From the IMG/VR virus record IMGVR_UViG_2887198475_000002: a stretch of DNA of 64,000 nucleotides. The stretch is one strand, 5' to 3'. The DNA is from a virus. Its lineage: Duplodnaviria > Caudoviricetes. Below, piece after piece: positions 27,701-35,882 of this stretch. A program made the translations under genes and the position numbers. The notes under the pieces are model-generated. The model was not told where the DNA came from and ran no database searches. It saw only the letters and a program-made list of their open reading frames with translations. The stretch's first letter is position 1, and the number at the start of each line of letters is the position of its first letter.

Positions 27701-28632
27701 TTCACCGACAGGATCATGCCGTCCATGTCCTGCACCAGCCATGAGGCGCAGAGCGAGGCGAAAGCGAAGACCTTGATGTCGTCGGGCCGGCGGATGATGG
27801 CGGGCGGGGGGATGGTGACAGGCGCGAGGTAGAGCGTGCCGGCGGGGCGGTCAGCCTCCGCCTCGATCATCACCTCGTCCCAATCCAAATAGTCGGCCGA
27901 TATGAGCTGCGCGGTGTGGTAGCAGAACTCGACCGCATCCGGCATGTGGTCGGCGCCGGACAAGGCCGATTCCGAGAGCGTGAACATCTCCCGCCACGGT
28001 TCGCGGACTGTGATGTTCTGCCCGAGCAGGGCCTTGATGTTGGCCTGGATGGCGAAAGGGTTCGAGCGCGCGCGCCTCCACTCGTAGACCGTGCGGAAAT
28101 TCAGCCGCTCGTCCGTCTCATTCCGCTTGCGGGCAAGGCCGAAATACGACGCCCAGAGTTCGGACCACTCGCCCTCAGACTGCGGGATGACGAGCTGCCG
28201 GAGAGCCTGGGGAATGTCCGCCCGGGCCATGTCCAGCCAGCGCCCCACCGCATCCGCCCAGCCGTATAGGATCGAGGTATAGGCCCAGAGCCAATCGCCG
28301 TTGCTCGTGTCCTGATCGCCCTCACCCTCGACCAACGAGAGAGCGCCTTGCACGAGCACGGCCGGATCGTCGGCGTAGTAGGCAATGGACACATCCGCGG
28401 CCGCCAGATCATCGCGGAGCTGGGCGATGGTGCGCCCTTCCAGCAGGAGCGTCAGGGCCGGCATGTCGGGCCGGTAGACGGTCAGGACGCGCCCCTTCAC
28501 GCGCCAGCGCAGCCCGCCATAGGAGCGGATACGCAGCGCCAGGACCGCCACCGGCCTCTTGTCGAAAACGCGGTTCAGGCGGCCGAGGAGGCGCGCCCGC
28601 ATCGGCACGCCGGGGCGGAACAGCGCCGTCAT
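24727..28632 (-). CDS. Baseplate wedge (gpI-like) protein fused to tandem repeats and a C-terminal LamG/ConA-like domain
   Basis: Follows baseplate J; GEWSELWASYFGLARK.NETD wedge motif; three internal repeats; C-terminal FYGHIGDLLFYN. Confidence 0.7.
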   Translation of the reverse strand: MTALFRPGVPMRARLLGRLNRVFDKRPVAVLALRIRSYGGLRWRVKGRVLTVYRPDMPALTLLLEGRTIAQLRDDLAAADVSIAYYADDPAVLVQGALSLVEGEGDQDTSNGDWLWAYTSILYGWADAVGRWLDMARADIPQALRQLVIPQSEGEWSELWASYFGLARKRNETDERLNFRTVYEWRRARSNPFAIQANIKALLGQNITVREPWREMFTLSESALSGADHMPDAVEFCYHTAQLISADYLDWDEVMIEAEADRPAGTLYLAPVTIPPPAIIRRPDDIKVFAFASLCASWLVQDMDGMILSVNAGLSDSFVRMAPALSRAEWTSLHAGPLPHPPAASFHPQVFCKGEIILSEGPALGDLNAHFPGTMLVEEGDGGMEMSGGTGLSDYAHRLVWVPIDEWFEDANGGGWDPPEYPGMAGIHPGVSSSSLAVNEEEGSVWAGAIMASFGAIGGWGPGLIGLARTDEIKRQPIAGTAAAQAVASAGLKTGKLLAGSVQARAVASAGLTTAIRLAGSIAAQAAGWGTLSTGAGLFGASAQASSAATADLTTGILLVGAAAAQSAGAGTLTDRYGFSLSSYAIGTIERDAVDGGKARFNVTVTTRGEPGENDSVEWVVFTSGNATRGSWTLETGTRTGKALSIVITANGDYVGFRKPGGGSEAYATAATIRALMASSISARATATAAGLGSQGSSDLTGTAQAGSAASASLTTGVLLAGAAAAQSSGAGDLTTGILLAGAGGAQSSGTGTLTDRYRVLLNSYAIGTIERDPADGGKARFAVTVTTQGEGTEGDRVEWAVFSSTDAMRGSWALETGTRAGKALSIVITANGDYLCFRKPGGGNEAYATAATIRALLSGAISASSTATAVGLAAQSNLAGTAQASSMASADLTTGILLAGAAAAQSSGAGTLTDRYSLSLSSYAIGTIERDPADSGRARFNVTVTTKGEGTEGDRVEWVVFNSANAARGSWALETGTRAGKALSIVITANGDYLCFRKPDGGNEAYATAATIRARMASSISASSTATATLPLDWPTADMAAQLSPDATSFVTSTGGSPDYVNEVRDVLGTSYYLVRNEVASDLTNNPTLALVHGRRMMAFSGAQRLDSASATSSNDLAGLFAAVRGPRTVAAVVRTPDAWPTQGTGYSTILPVANEYWVGSNGYCVGITIQNISGLWRPMLKTTDSGGNGRSVIGNGTGQELQPGTVYFIVARWNGDGTGDLFVNGVKLTVNRQGTMPAESTNHPTARRFSVGYTRTDASSVLDNFFYGHIGDLLFYNVAKEDAWITGELQTAFASRYPG
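25560..27010 (-). repeat. Three tandem coding repeats of about 430-540 bp
   Basis: GCGGAGATGG recurs near 25565, 26042 and 26585; unit SSYAIGTIERD..GSWALETGTRAGKALSIVITANGDY..FRKPG..EAYATAATIRA. Confidence 0.9.
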
Positions 28633-29729
28633 CGCCAGTCAACCGTCATGGTGCCGGGCACCAGCACCGCGTTGAGGGGGCATAGGATGGTCAGGGTAGG
28701 CGCCACAACGACCGCGCCGCGCACGCCCGGCACCGTCATGGCGGCGTTCTGCAAGGACAGCGGCATCAGGTATTGATCGTTCGGCACGGCCGAGATGGTG
28801 GAGGCCATGGCCGCCGCGATGCGCGCCCGTAGCGCCTCGCTTCTCGCCTCCATCGCGACCTCCGCCTGCACCCGGGCGTCAACCGGGATTTCCCCCATGC
28901 GATGCACGTCAACCCGCATGCCCGTGGGACGATAGCCGGTCACGATTTCCCCCGTGTAGGGGTCAATGTAGCCCTGGACGAGCGCATCGACGCGGGCGAG
29001 CAGCGCGTCCGAGACATTGCCGGTGCCGTTGTGGACGTACATATCGACGTGGCCGGGCGTCTCGTCCACCTGAACGCGGGCCACGCGCTCGGAGACGATG
29101 CCCGAGGGCCGGTCGATGATGACGGCCTGCTTGGCGGCGAAAACCACGGCGCCGATGGTCCCGCGCGCCAGGGACCGGACGAAGTCCACGAAGCGCAACT
29201 TCCGCTCCGCTTCCGTCTCCACCCCCCGGCCGTTGGCGAAGGCGGCGGGGTTCGTGACCCGAACCACGTTGTAGCCGGCCGTGACGAGGTAGCGGATCTC
29301 GTCGGGGCCGGCATTGCCGGCGGCGCCGGGCGTGCGGCACACGGCCAGCACGTCAACGTATTCCTGCCCGACCGGGATCGAGGCCGCTTCCGCGGTTTGG
29401 TACTGCGCCGTGGAGGAGGCTACGAGGAACCCCACCGGGATGGCGACCGGCGCGTTGTGCCCCGCCTGGGCGTAGAGGCGGACCACGCCGGAAGCCGACT
29501 TGGCGGGTTGCAAGGAGAAATCGAACGAGCGGTAAATGGCCGTTGGGATCGCTTCGACCAAGCCTGCGGCAAATGCCTGATACAGCTCGTCTATTTCAGC
29601 CGCTGGTGCCTCGATCATCGTGCGCGCGACGCTGCCGACCGCATAGTCAGTGAGCGTCTTATTCACGGCCCGCATGTGGCCGATCATGCTCGCCGTGATT
29701 TCGAGGAAGGGCTTGATCCGGAATGCCAC
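28629..29729 (-). CDS. Baseplate J-like protein
   Basis: TDYAVGSVARTMIEA, GAAGNAG, NGRGVETEAERKLRF..SLARGT. Confidence 0.9.
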   Translation of the reverse strand: MAFRIKPFLEITASMIGHMRAVNKTLTDYAVGSVARTMIEAPAAEIDELYQAFAAGLVEAIPTAIYRSFDFSLQPAKSASGVVRLYAQAGHNAPVAIPVGFLVASSTAQYQTAEAASIPVGQEYVDVLAVCRTPGAAGNAGPDEIRYLVTAGYNVVRVTNPAAFANGRGVETEAERKLRFVDFVRSLARGTIGAVVFAAKQAVIIDRPSGIVSERVARVQVDETPGHVDMYVHNGTGNVSDALLARVDALVQGYIDPYTGEIVTGYRPTGMRVDVHRMGEIPVDARVQAEVAMEARSEALRARIAAAMASTISAVPNDQYLMPLSLQNAAMTVPGVRGAVVVAPTLTILCPLNAVLVPGTMTVDWR

Positions 29730-29731
29730 GG

Positions 29732-30367
29732 CTACTCGCCTCCCACGGGCAGGGGCTTGCCGTCGATTGTCACGGCGGTTGCGGATACGGCGATGCCATC
29801 CCCGCGCAGCTCCGCCTTCGTGTCCCGCACGTTGGCGATGCGCGGATCCGAGCGGACGCAGCTCGCCACATAGCTTGCACCCAGGAGATTCGTGATCGGG
29901 TTCGCGGGGCCGCCGATCAGCTCATGGAACCGCTGTCCGTAATCGGGGTGGAAGATCAGCTCCCCGGTGTGCGTTTCGAGGCGATGATGGAGGGCTTGCC
30001 GGAGGTTCGGCACCCCCGAGACGAGCTGAAGGTCGCCCGCCTCGCTCACGGACAGCAGGCCGCCCGACAGGTCGAGATCAGTACCGAACAGGTCGGACAC
30101 GTCCAGCACGCCGGAGGGCGCCGGGCCTGGGGCCGGGATCTTGATGGGCATGCCGACCAGCAGCACGCGCCCCGGCGGCGGATCGCCGGCGTCGTCCTCC
30201 AACTCCGCCAGGGTGTCCACCACATAGGGCGGCAGCAGGTTGTTCAGCGCGGCCAGATCGGACCACTTCGAGGCGTCGCCCAGCTCGCGCAGCGCAATCG
30301 CTTGCAGGGTGTCCCCTTGCCGCGTGTCGGCGAGCCGATATCCGGAGATCGGCTTGCGGATGCTCAT
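29732..30367 (-). CDS. LysM-like plus gp25-like baseplate wedge/sheath initiator
   Basis: QGDTLQAIA.RELGD..W..LA.LN; FGTDL, GDL.LVSG..NLRQAL..RL.T..GEL.FHPDYG, SDPRI. Confidence 0.8.
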   Translation of the reverse strand: MSIRKPISGYRLADTRQGDTLQAIALRELGDASKWSDLAALNNLLPPYVVDTLAELEDDAGDPPPGRVLLVGMPIKIPAPGPAPSGVLDVSDLFGTDLDLSGGLLSVSEAGDLQLVSGVPNLRQALHHRLETHTGELIFHPDYGQRFHELIGGPANPITNLLGASYVASCVRSDPRIANVRDTKAELRGDGIAVSATAVTIDGKPLPVGGE

Positions 30368-30855
30368 TGTGCGATTACCACCCCTTCCGAGGCCGCCGCC
30401 ATGAGCTGCACCACGGCCGCGGCTCCGGCGGAAGCCAGCGTCAGGGGATCGCGCCGGAGGGAGTCCAGGGCCGCCAGGGCGCCGGGCGTGACCGTCACCG
30501 GGCCTGGATCGGTGGCGAACATGTCGGCCAGGGCGGCGCGCAGCGGCGGCGGAGCGTCCTCCCGCAGCGGTTCGAGCGTCGGCATGGTGGCCGACTGCCC
30601 GAACCGGGTCGCGATGGTTCCGAGGGCCTTGGAAAAGCTCACCGCCATCTCGCCGGCGATCAGTCGCTGCATCTCGCTCATGCCGGGGTCCGCGGCGAGG
30701 ACTTGGAACCCGTTCCGCGCCGCCTCACTGTAGGCGATGACGGTGCCGAGGGCCGGCGCCGCGCCGTCCGCGAACGTGCCGCGGGTGTCCCGCGCGAGCT
30801 GGGCGGCGAGGCGCAGCAGGTTGGCCCCGACCTCCGCGAAGCGTTCCACGATCAT
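30364..30855 (-). CDS. Hypothetical baseplate-region protein
   Basis: ATGA-coupled within the baseplate operon. Confidence 0.6.
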   Translation of the reverse strand: MIVERFAEVGANLLRLAAQLARDTRGTFADGAAPALGTVIAYSEAARNGFQVLAADPGMSEMQRLIAGEMAVSFSKALGTIATRFGQSATMPTLEPLREDAPPPLRAALADMFATDPGPVTVTPGALAALDSLRRDPLTLASAGAAAVVQLMAAASEGVVIAQ

Positions 30856-31478
30856 GGGAACAAGCCCCCAAGGTTGTTGAGGCCGGCGTCGATCGCGCCG
30901 GCGACGCCATCCAGCGCCATCGCCCCGCCGACAAAGGCGGTGGCCGCGTTGATGGCCGCATTGATCGGATCCGCGACGCCGGTTGGCAGCGCAAGGTCTT
31001 GTAGAACCAGCAGTTCTATGTTGTAGCGTTGCAGGAGCGGGCTCGTCTTGCTGCGCTTGAGCGTGAACACGCGCGGCGCGACCAGCGCGGCCCGCATGTC
31101 GAGCGCGTCCACGAACTCAAGCCGGACCACGTTCGGGTCGCCGCCGCCCCGGGCAATGGCCGTGCGCGTGTCATTCCAGACCTGAAAGCTCGTGTCGCGG
31201 AGAGAGATGAAGGCGGCTTCGCCCCCGCCGCCCCCGCCCAGGCCGCCGGTTGGCCGCCAACCGGTGTGACCGCTGATTCGGATCGTCTGCACCGCCCGGT
31301 CCCAATGGTCCGCCCAGGCGCCGCCCAGCGTGTTCTGCACCGTTAACCGCGTGGGCTCGATCCACGTCAGCTCCTCCGGCCGGAGCGCCATCATGTGCAA
31401 TGCCCCGGCCCCGCCTCCGGAGAGGCGGAACCCGATGGGGCGGAGGCTCTGATCCGGAGGGGTAATCCCGTAAGGCAT
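30852..31478 (-). CDS. Tube-initiator-like baseplate protein
   Basis: RPEEL...P.R.TVQNTLGGAW.D.W......IRISGHTG, FTLKRS..PLL.RYNI. Confidence 0.65.
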   Translation of the reverse strand: MPYGITPPDQSLRPIGFRLSGGGAGALHMMALRPEELTWIEPTRLTVQNTLGGAWADHWDRAVQTIRISGHTGWRPTGGLGGGGGGEAAFISLRDTSFQVWNDTRTAIARGGGDPNVVRLEFVDALDMRAALVAPRVFTLKRSKTSPLLQRYNIELLVLQDLALPTGVADPINAAINAATAFVGGAMALDGVAGAIDAGLNNLGGLFP

Positions 31479-31511
31479 GGTGGTGAGCGAGCACTCGAAA
31501 GCTGCCCGCCC

Positions 31512-31528
31512 ACCTTCTCGTCACGACC
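31512..31528 (-). promoter_or_regulatory. Late promoter motif copy 4
   Basis: GGTCGTGACG-A-GAAGGT; hairpin 31482-31514. Confidence 0.8.
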
Positions 31529-31553
31529 TCGCCGGCGGCATAGCCGCCGCGGG

Positions 31554-34500
31554 TCAAGTCATGCGGCGGCGGGTCACGCCGCTGTTGTCGAAGTAGTAGC
31601 CGCCGATCAGCACCTTGGAAGCCGCCGCCGCATCGTTGGCGAAGGGGCCGGGCAAGGCCGTGATGCGGGATTCCGCGAGATCATTGCGCAGGCTCGCCAG
31701 CTCCGCAGCCTGGGCGTCGTTCTCCGTCTCCAAGGCCGAGACGCGGGCCTCCAACGCCGAGATGCGCTCGCGGGTGTAGGTGTGGAGGGCGATCAGCTCC
31801 GCCAGCAGGTCTTTCAGAACCTCCGTCAGCGCCGCGAAATAGGCGCCGATCGTGTTGAAATTGTCCTGCGCCTTCCGGATCGTATTCCGGATCGTGATCT
31901 GGTTGAGCTGATTGAACGGGTCGGTGCCGTCGAACAGCCCCTCCAACTGCGGCGGCAGGGGGATGACCACATTGCCGCCGGGGTCGCTGCCAGGATCGCC
32001 GCCGTTGCCCGTGTCGCCCAGGTCCGCCCGGATGGCCGCGGCCAGATCCTTGAACCGCGTCAGCAGGTCAGGCCCGCCGTCGCTCCCGTCCTTGATGGCG
32101 GCGTCCGAGGCCGACTTGTTGAGGCGATAGGCATTGCCGTAGGTCACGGCCCAGAAGCCCGGCCGCTGGCTGTGCATGGCCGGGAACATGGCGTCGATGT
32201 TGCGCATCCAGGCGACAGGGTCTTGCTCCTGCCCCTGGTGGTAGACGCCACCGCTGTCAGTCCAGCCGCCGTAGCCGAGGCCGGCTTCCGTCCAGATGGT
32301 GACGAGCCCACCATTCGCGGCGGACCACGCCTGAATCTGCCCCTCGATCGTCCCCCACTCCGCGGCAGATTTCGCGTCGTAGCTGTGGTGGTCCCAGAGC
32401 ACCCGCCCGTCTGCGACGAACGGGCGCTTGGAGATCATCGCGCTGTAGTGCTTCCAGTTGTTCGCGCCGCACACCAGCACATAGCCGGGGAGAGCTTCGC
32501 GCAGGATGCGGTGCAGCGCGACTTGGTGCAGCGTGTAGTCGGAATTGCCGCCCCATTCGTTCGCCGGGCCACACGCGAACTTCGTCCGGTCAAACTGGCG
32601 CTCCGCAATCCAAGTCGTGCAGTTGCGGATGTGCTGGTAAATCACCGCCTCGTTTGCGGTGAAATCCTCCCAGGTGGTGAGCACGTCGGCGCAGTCGAGA
32701 ATGACCTTGAGGCCGGCATCCATGTATGCCTTCGCGGCGTCGAGGATGCGCGTGAACTGCGCCTTGGTCGGCGGGCTTTTGCCTTCGCCCATCATGTCAT
32801 ATGCAGGGCGCCAGCCATAAAACAGGCGGACGTAATCGAAGCCCTGCGCCTTGAGATACTTCCCATAGGTCAGGGCTCCGCCTGGGACGGCCCAGGCCCA
32901 CCCGCGCTCGATGTCGGCCCCCATGTAGATGTCTTTGACCCAGGCTTTGGCGAAGGCGATATCCGCAGGATCGAGCGGCGCGCCGCCGGTCGGGTCGAGC
33001 GCGACTTTGCAGAGGCCGGAGTCAACATAGTAGGCGAGATCGTTGGCGTCGTAGACCTTCACGAAGTCGCCGGTGGCGACCATCCGCGCCGTAACCTGAA
33101 TCTGCCCCGTGGTCGGCACGACATTCAGCGCGGTGCGCCATGAGAAGTCCGACGACTTGACGACAACCCAACCGATCTTGCTGATGCCGGTGGACTTGAC
33201 GGTGAAGGTGTAGGGCGCGCCGGCGCCGGCCGTCATCTCGTAGACGGTGCCCGGCTGCTGCGGCGTGATGGAGAGCGAGCGCGTGCCGCCGCCCGGCGTG
33301 GAGGTGGCGATGGTGCAGACGCCGGAATCCGTCGTCACATTGAAGTCGTCGGCGTCCCACACCTTAACGAAATCTCCAGTCGCCATCAGCCGCGGCGCGA
33401 TCATGACGGCTTTGGATGGCGGGACTGACACGACCGTCGCGGAGCTGCGCCAGGAGAAGTCAGACGACTTCACGACGACATAAGCAACCCTGGAAACGCC
33501 GTTGGTATCAACCTGAACGTTCCAGACGGCCCCCTGCCCCTGGATGCTTTCGACCAGGGTTCCAGGGCTCCATGGGTTGAGGCGCACATAATGCCCGGCC
33601 TGCTTGCTCGCCAGCGTGGCCGCGCTCGTTGCCTGCGCCTTGGCGACAATGCCCCAGGACGACACCGAGATGAGTGTGACCTTCTGGGAATAGAACTTCT
33701 TGCTGTCGTCGCCGGGTTTCCTCACCACGAGGTAGTCGCCGGAGGCGCGGAACGGCACTTTGATCTGCTTGCCGGTCGAGGAGCCCGTGACGAGCGCCCA
33801 GGCGTTGCGGCCCCAATTCTGGGCGGTGAACACCGCCCACTCGAAGCTGTCGCCGCCCTTCGTCGTGACCGTGATTGTCCACTCGGCGCTGCCGTCCGGC
33901 GCCGCGGGCAGGCTGTCGGGAGACGACGGCGAGAGGGTGGCCTGGAACTCCACCACGGGCGGGACATAAGGGTTGACCGTGACCGGATCGGAGTAGGTCC
34001 GAACGGAATCGGTCCCAGGCTTCCGGACCGTGAGGTAATCGCCCGTCGCCAGGAACGGTACAGCCAGCGTAGCGCCGGCCAGGGTGCCGGTCAGGGTGGC
34101 CCACCCGGAGCGCGCGGCGTTCTGCGCCGTGAACACGGCCCATTCGGCGCTATTGCCGGCCGTCGTCGTGACCGTGGTTGTCCAGATCGCGGTTCCGCTT
34201 ACCCCGGCCATGATGCTCCCGGGACTCTGCGGGGAAAGCACGATGGCGAACGGATCGACATAGGGCGTGACCGTTACCCGGTCCGAATAGGCTTTTTTGC
34301 TGTCGTCCCCGGGCTTGCGGACAATCAGGTAATCGCCTGTCGCCCGGAACGGGACAGAGAGCTGGGCGCCCGCCGCGGTGCCGGTCAGGGTGGCCCAATC
34401 GGCGCGCGCGCCCTCGCTCAAGTCATGGATGCACCACTCGACGCTGTCGCCGCCGGTGGTGGTGGTGGTGATGGTGGTGGTCCAGGCCGCGGTGCCGTCC

Positions 34501-35771
34501 GCCGCCGCGGCCAGGGTGCCCGGGCTCTGCGGGCTCAAGCTGATCGTGTAGGGCACCGTGCCCTCTGCCGTCTCGGAGGCAACGAGCGGCAGGAACGTCC
34601 CGGCAATCGGCAGGTCGAGGGCGAAGCTGGCACTCATGCCGGCCGGCGGCGTGAGAGTGCTGGCGTTGTCGTAGATGCAGCCGTTGCGGCCCGTGCGTTC
34701 GCCGAAAAGGCAGTAACCGATTTCACGCTGGGCCGCGGTGCCGGCGCAGGCCGCATGCGTGATCCGGACCTTGTTCGCGCCGATGATCGCGGCCGCCGAG
34801 ACGGCGCGGATGGCGCCGTTGTCGCGCACCGACCAGCCGCGCCCGTCCAGCGCCTTGGCGTCCAGGGTCTTGAGCTGGGTGCCGCGGTCGTGCGTCACCG
34901 TTATGACGGTGGTGGTGGCGGTTTCCGCCCAGGCGTGCGTGATCCGCGGCCCGAGGCCGCCATAGTCCGCGGCCGGGCCGATGCCATACAGCGCCCGCAT
35001 CCACCGGCTGACAGACAGGGCAAGGCGCAGGCCCCAGGTCTTGAGATCGGGGCCGTCGATGTGGCTGGTGTCAGTCCCGCCCCGCGGTTCGGCGTCGCTC
35101 GTGTTCCGCAAGGCGATGTGGAAGTTCATCGCCGGATCGGTGGCCAGCTCGTGGAACACCTCGCGGATCATCCGCTGCGCCGCGGTGTTGCTGGGTGCGT
35201 AGGGGATCGGGAGCGGGGCGAATACAGGGAGCCGATCGGCGCTCTTACCCACCCAGGACCGCAGCAGGGTCAGCCAGCGAATGACCGCGGCCTTGTAAGT
35301 CGCCTTGTCCGCAGTGGTCCGCAGTTGGCTGTCAGTCTCCGTGTTGAGCCACCAAATGAGCGGGATGCGGTTGCGGTCCGTTGCAGTCAGCAGGCTCGTG
35401 ACGAAGTTCCGGACGCCGATGCCGGCATATCCCGGCCCCCAGGTGGACGGATCGCCACCGGCGGACGCATCGAGAAACCCGCTGTTGCTGCCAGAGACGT
35501 AAACCGGCGTCCCACCGTATGTTGACCACGTATTGTCAACGGCCCCCTGTTGCAGAGCCCAGCCGTCCGGCCCGGTCCACCCGCCAAGGGTATAGACCGC
35601 CCGCGGCACCCCCCACGCCGTCGAAAGCCCGCCCAGCAACTGCCCAAACGGCCATGGGTCGCCGCCGATGAAGTAGCCTTGATTCGACTGTCCAACCGCC
35701 AGCGCACCCGCATGGGTGACGGTCATTGTGCCGATCGGGGACGACGGAGGATCGAGGAGGAGCGCGGACAT
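31554..35771 (-). CDS. Multidomain virion carbohydrate-active protein: SGNH esterase, five beta-sandwich repeats, GH5-like hydrolase, coiled coil
   Basis: VGQSN, W.NTETD, DTSH (SGNH); FDYVRL, GPANEW, DHHSY, WTEAG (GH5-like); heptad C-terminus. Start reassigned to MSALLL (35771). Confidence 0.75.
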   Translation of the reverse strand: MSALLLDPPSSPIGTMTVTHAGALAVGQSNQGYFIGGDPWPFGQLLGGLSTAWGVPRAVYTLGGWTGPDGWALQQGAVDNTWSTYGGTPVYVSGSNSGFLDASAGGDPSTWGPGYAGIGVRNFVTSLLTATDRNRIPLIWWLNTETDSQLRTTADKATYKAAVIRWLTLLRSWVGKSADRLPVFAPLPIPYAPSNTAAQRMIREVFHELATDPAMNFHIALRNTSDAEPRGGTDTSHIDGPDLKTWGLRLALSVSRWMRALYGIGPAADYGGLGPRITHAWAETATTTVITVTHDRGTQLKTLDAKALDGRGWSVRDNGAIRAVSAAAIIGANKVRITHAACAGTAAQREIGYCLFGERTGRNGCIYDNASTLTPPAGMSASFALDLPIAGTFLPLVASETAEGTVPYTISLSPQSPGTLAAAADGTAAWTTTITTTTTGGDSVEWCIHDLSEGARADWATLTGTAAGAQLSVPFRATGDYLIVRKPGDDSKKAYSDRVTVTPYVDPFAIVLSPQSPGSIMAGVSGTAIWTTTVTTTAGNSAEWAVFTAQNAARSGWATLTGTLAGATLAVPFLATGDYLTVRKPGTDSVRTYSDPVTVNPYVPPVVEFQATLSPSSPDSLPAAPDGSAEWTITVTTKGGDSFEWAVFTAQNWGRNAWALVTGSSTGKQIKVPFRASGDYLVVRKPGDDSKKFYSQKVTLISVSSWGIVAKAQATSAATLASKQAGHYVRLNPWSPGTLVESIQGQGAVWNVQVDTNGVSRVAYVVVKSSDFSWRSSATVVSVPPSKAVMIAPRLMATGDFVKVWDADDFNVTTDSGVCTIATSTPGGGTRSLSITPQQPGTVYEMTAGAGAPYTFTVKSTGISKIGWVVVKSSDFSWRTALNVVPTTGQIQVTARMVATGDFVKVYDANDLAYYVDSGLCKVALDPTGGAPLDPADIAFAKAWVKDIYMGADIERGWAWAVPGGALTYGKYLKAQGFDYVRLFYGWRPAYDMMGEGKSPPTKAQFTRILDAAKAYMDAGLKVILDCADVLTTWEDFTANEAVIYQHIRNCTTWIAERQFDRTKFACGPANEWGGNSDYTLHQVALHRILREALPGYVLVCGANNWKHYSAMISKRPFVADGRVLWDHHSYDAKSAAEWGTIEGQIQAWSAANGGLVTIWTEAGLGYGGWTDSGGVYHQGQEQDPVAWMRNIDAMFPAMHSQRPGFWAVTYGNAYRLNKSASDAAIKDGSDGGPDLLTRFKDLAAAIRADLGDTGNGGDPGSDPGGNVVIPLPPQLEGLFDGTDPFNQLNQITIRNTIRKAQDNFNTIGAYFAALTEVLKDLLAELIALHTYTRERISALEARVSALETENDAQAAELASLRNDLAESRITALPGPFANDAAAASKVLIGGYYFDNSGVTRRRMT

Positions 35772-35778
35772 ACGCTCC

Positions 35779-35795
35779 GTTGTTCCGTCACGACC
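35779..35795 (-). promoter_or_regulatory. Late promoter motif copy 5 (leaderless)
   Basis: GGTCGTGACG-G-AACAAC, immediately after a terminator; ATG 35771. Confidence 0.75.
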
Positions 35796-35829
35796 AAAAA
35801 AGACGGGGGCTCGCTTCCGCGGCCCCCGC
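35796..35829 (-). terminator. Rho-independent terminator after the spike gene
   Basis: GCGGGGGC..GCCCCCGTC stem followed by TTTTTT on the minus strand. Confidence 0.75.
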
Positions 35830-35882
35830 AAGTTTCTGATCTTAGGAACTAGCTAACAAAGCTAAGGGGAGAATCATAACGG

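Noticed and set aside
25793-34172. Opposite-orientation GTCGTGAC words (near 25793, 26813, 33862, 34165) as antisense late promoters
   Set aside because: They fall in coding repeats at Val-Thr-Thr codons (GTC ACG AC) and are explained by the protein sequence.
35772-35831. ORF-track N-terminal extension of the 1425-aa protein
   Set aside because: It overlaps a terminator and the late promoter; ATG 35771 fits the leaderless pattern.
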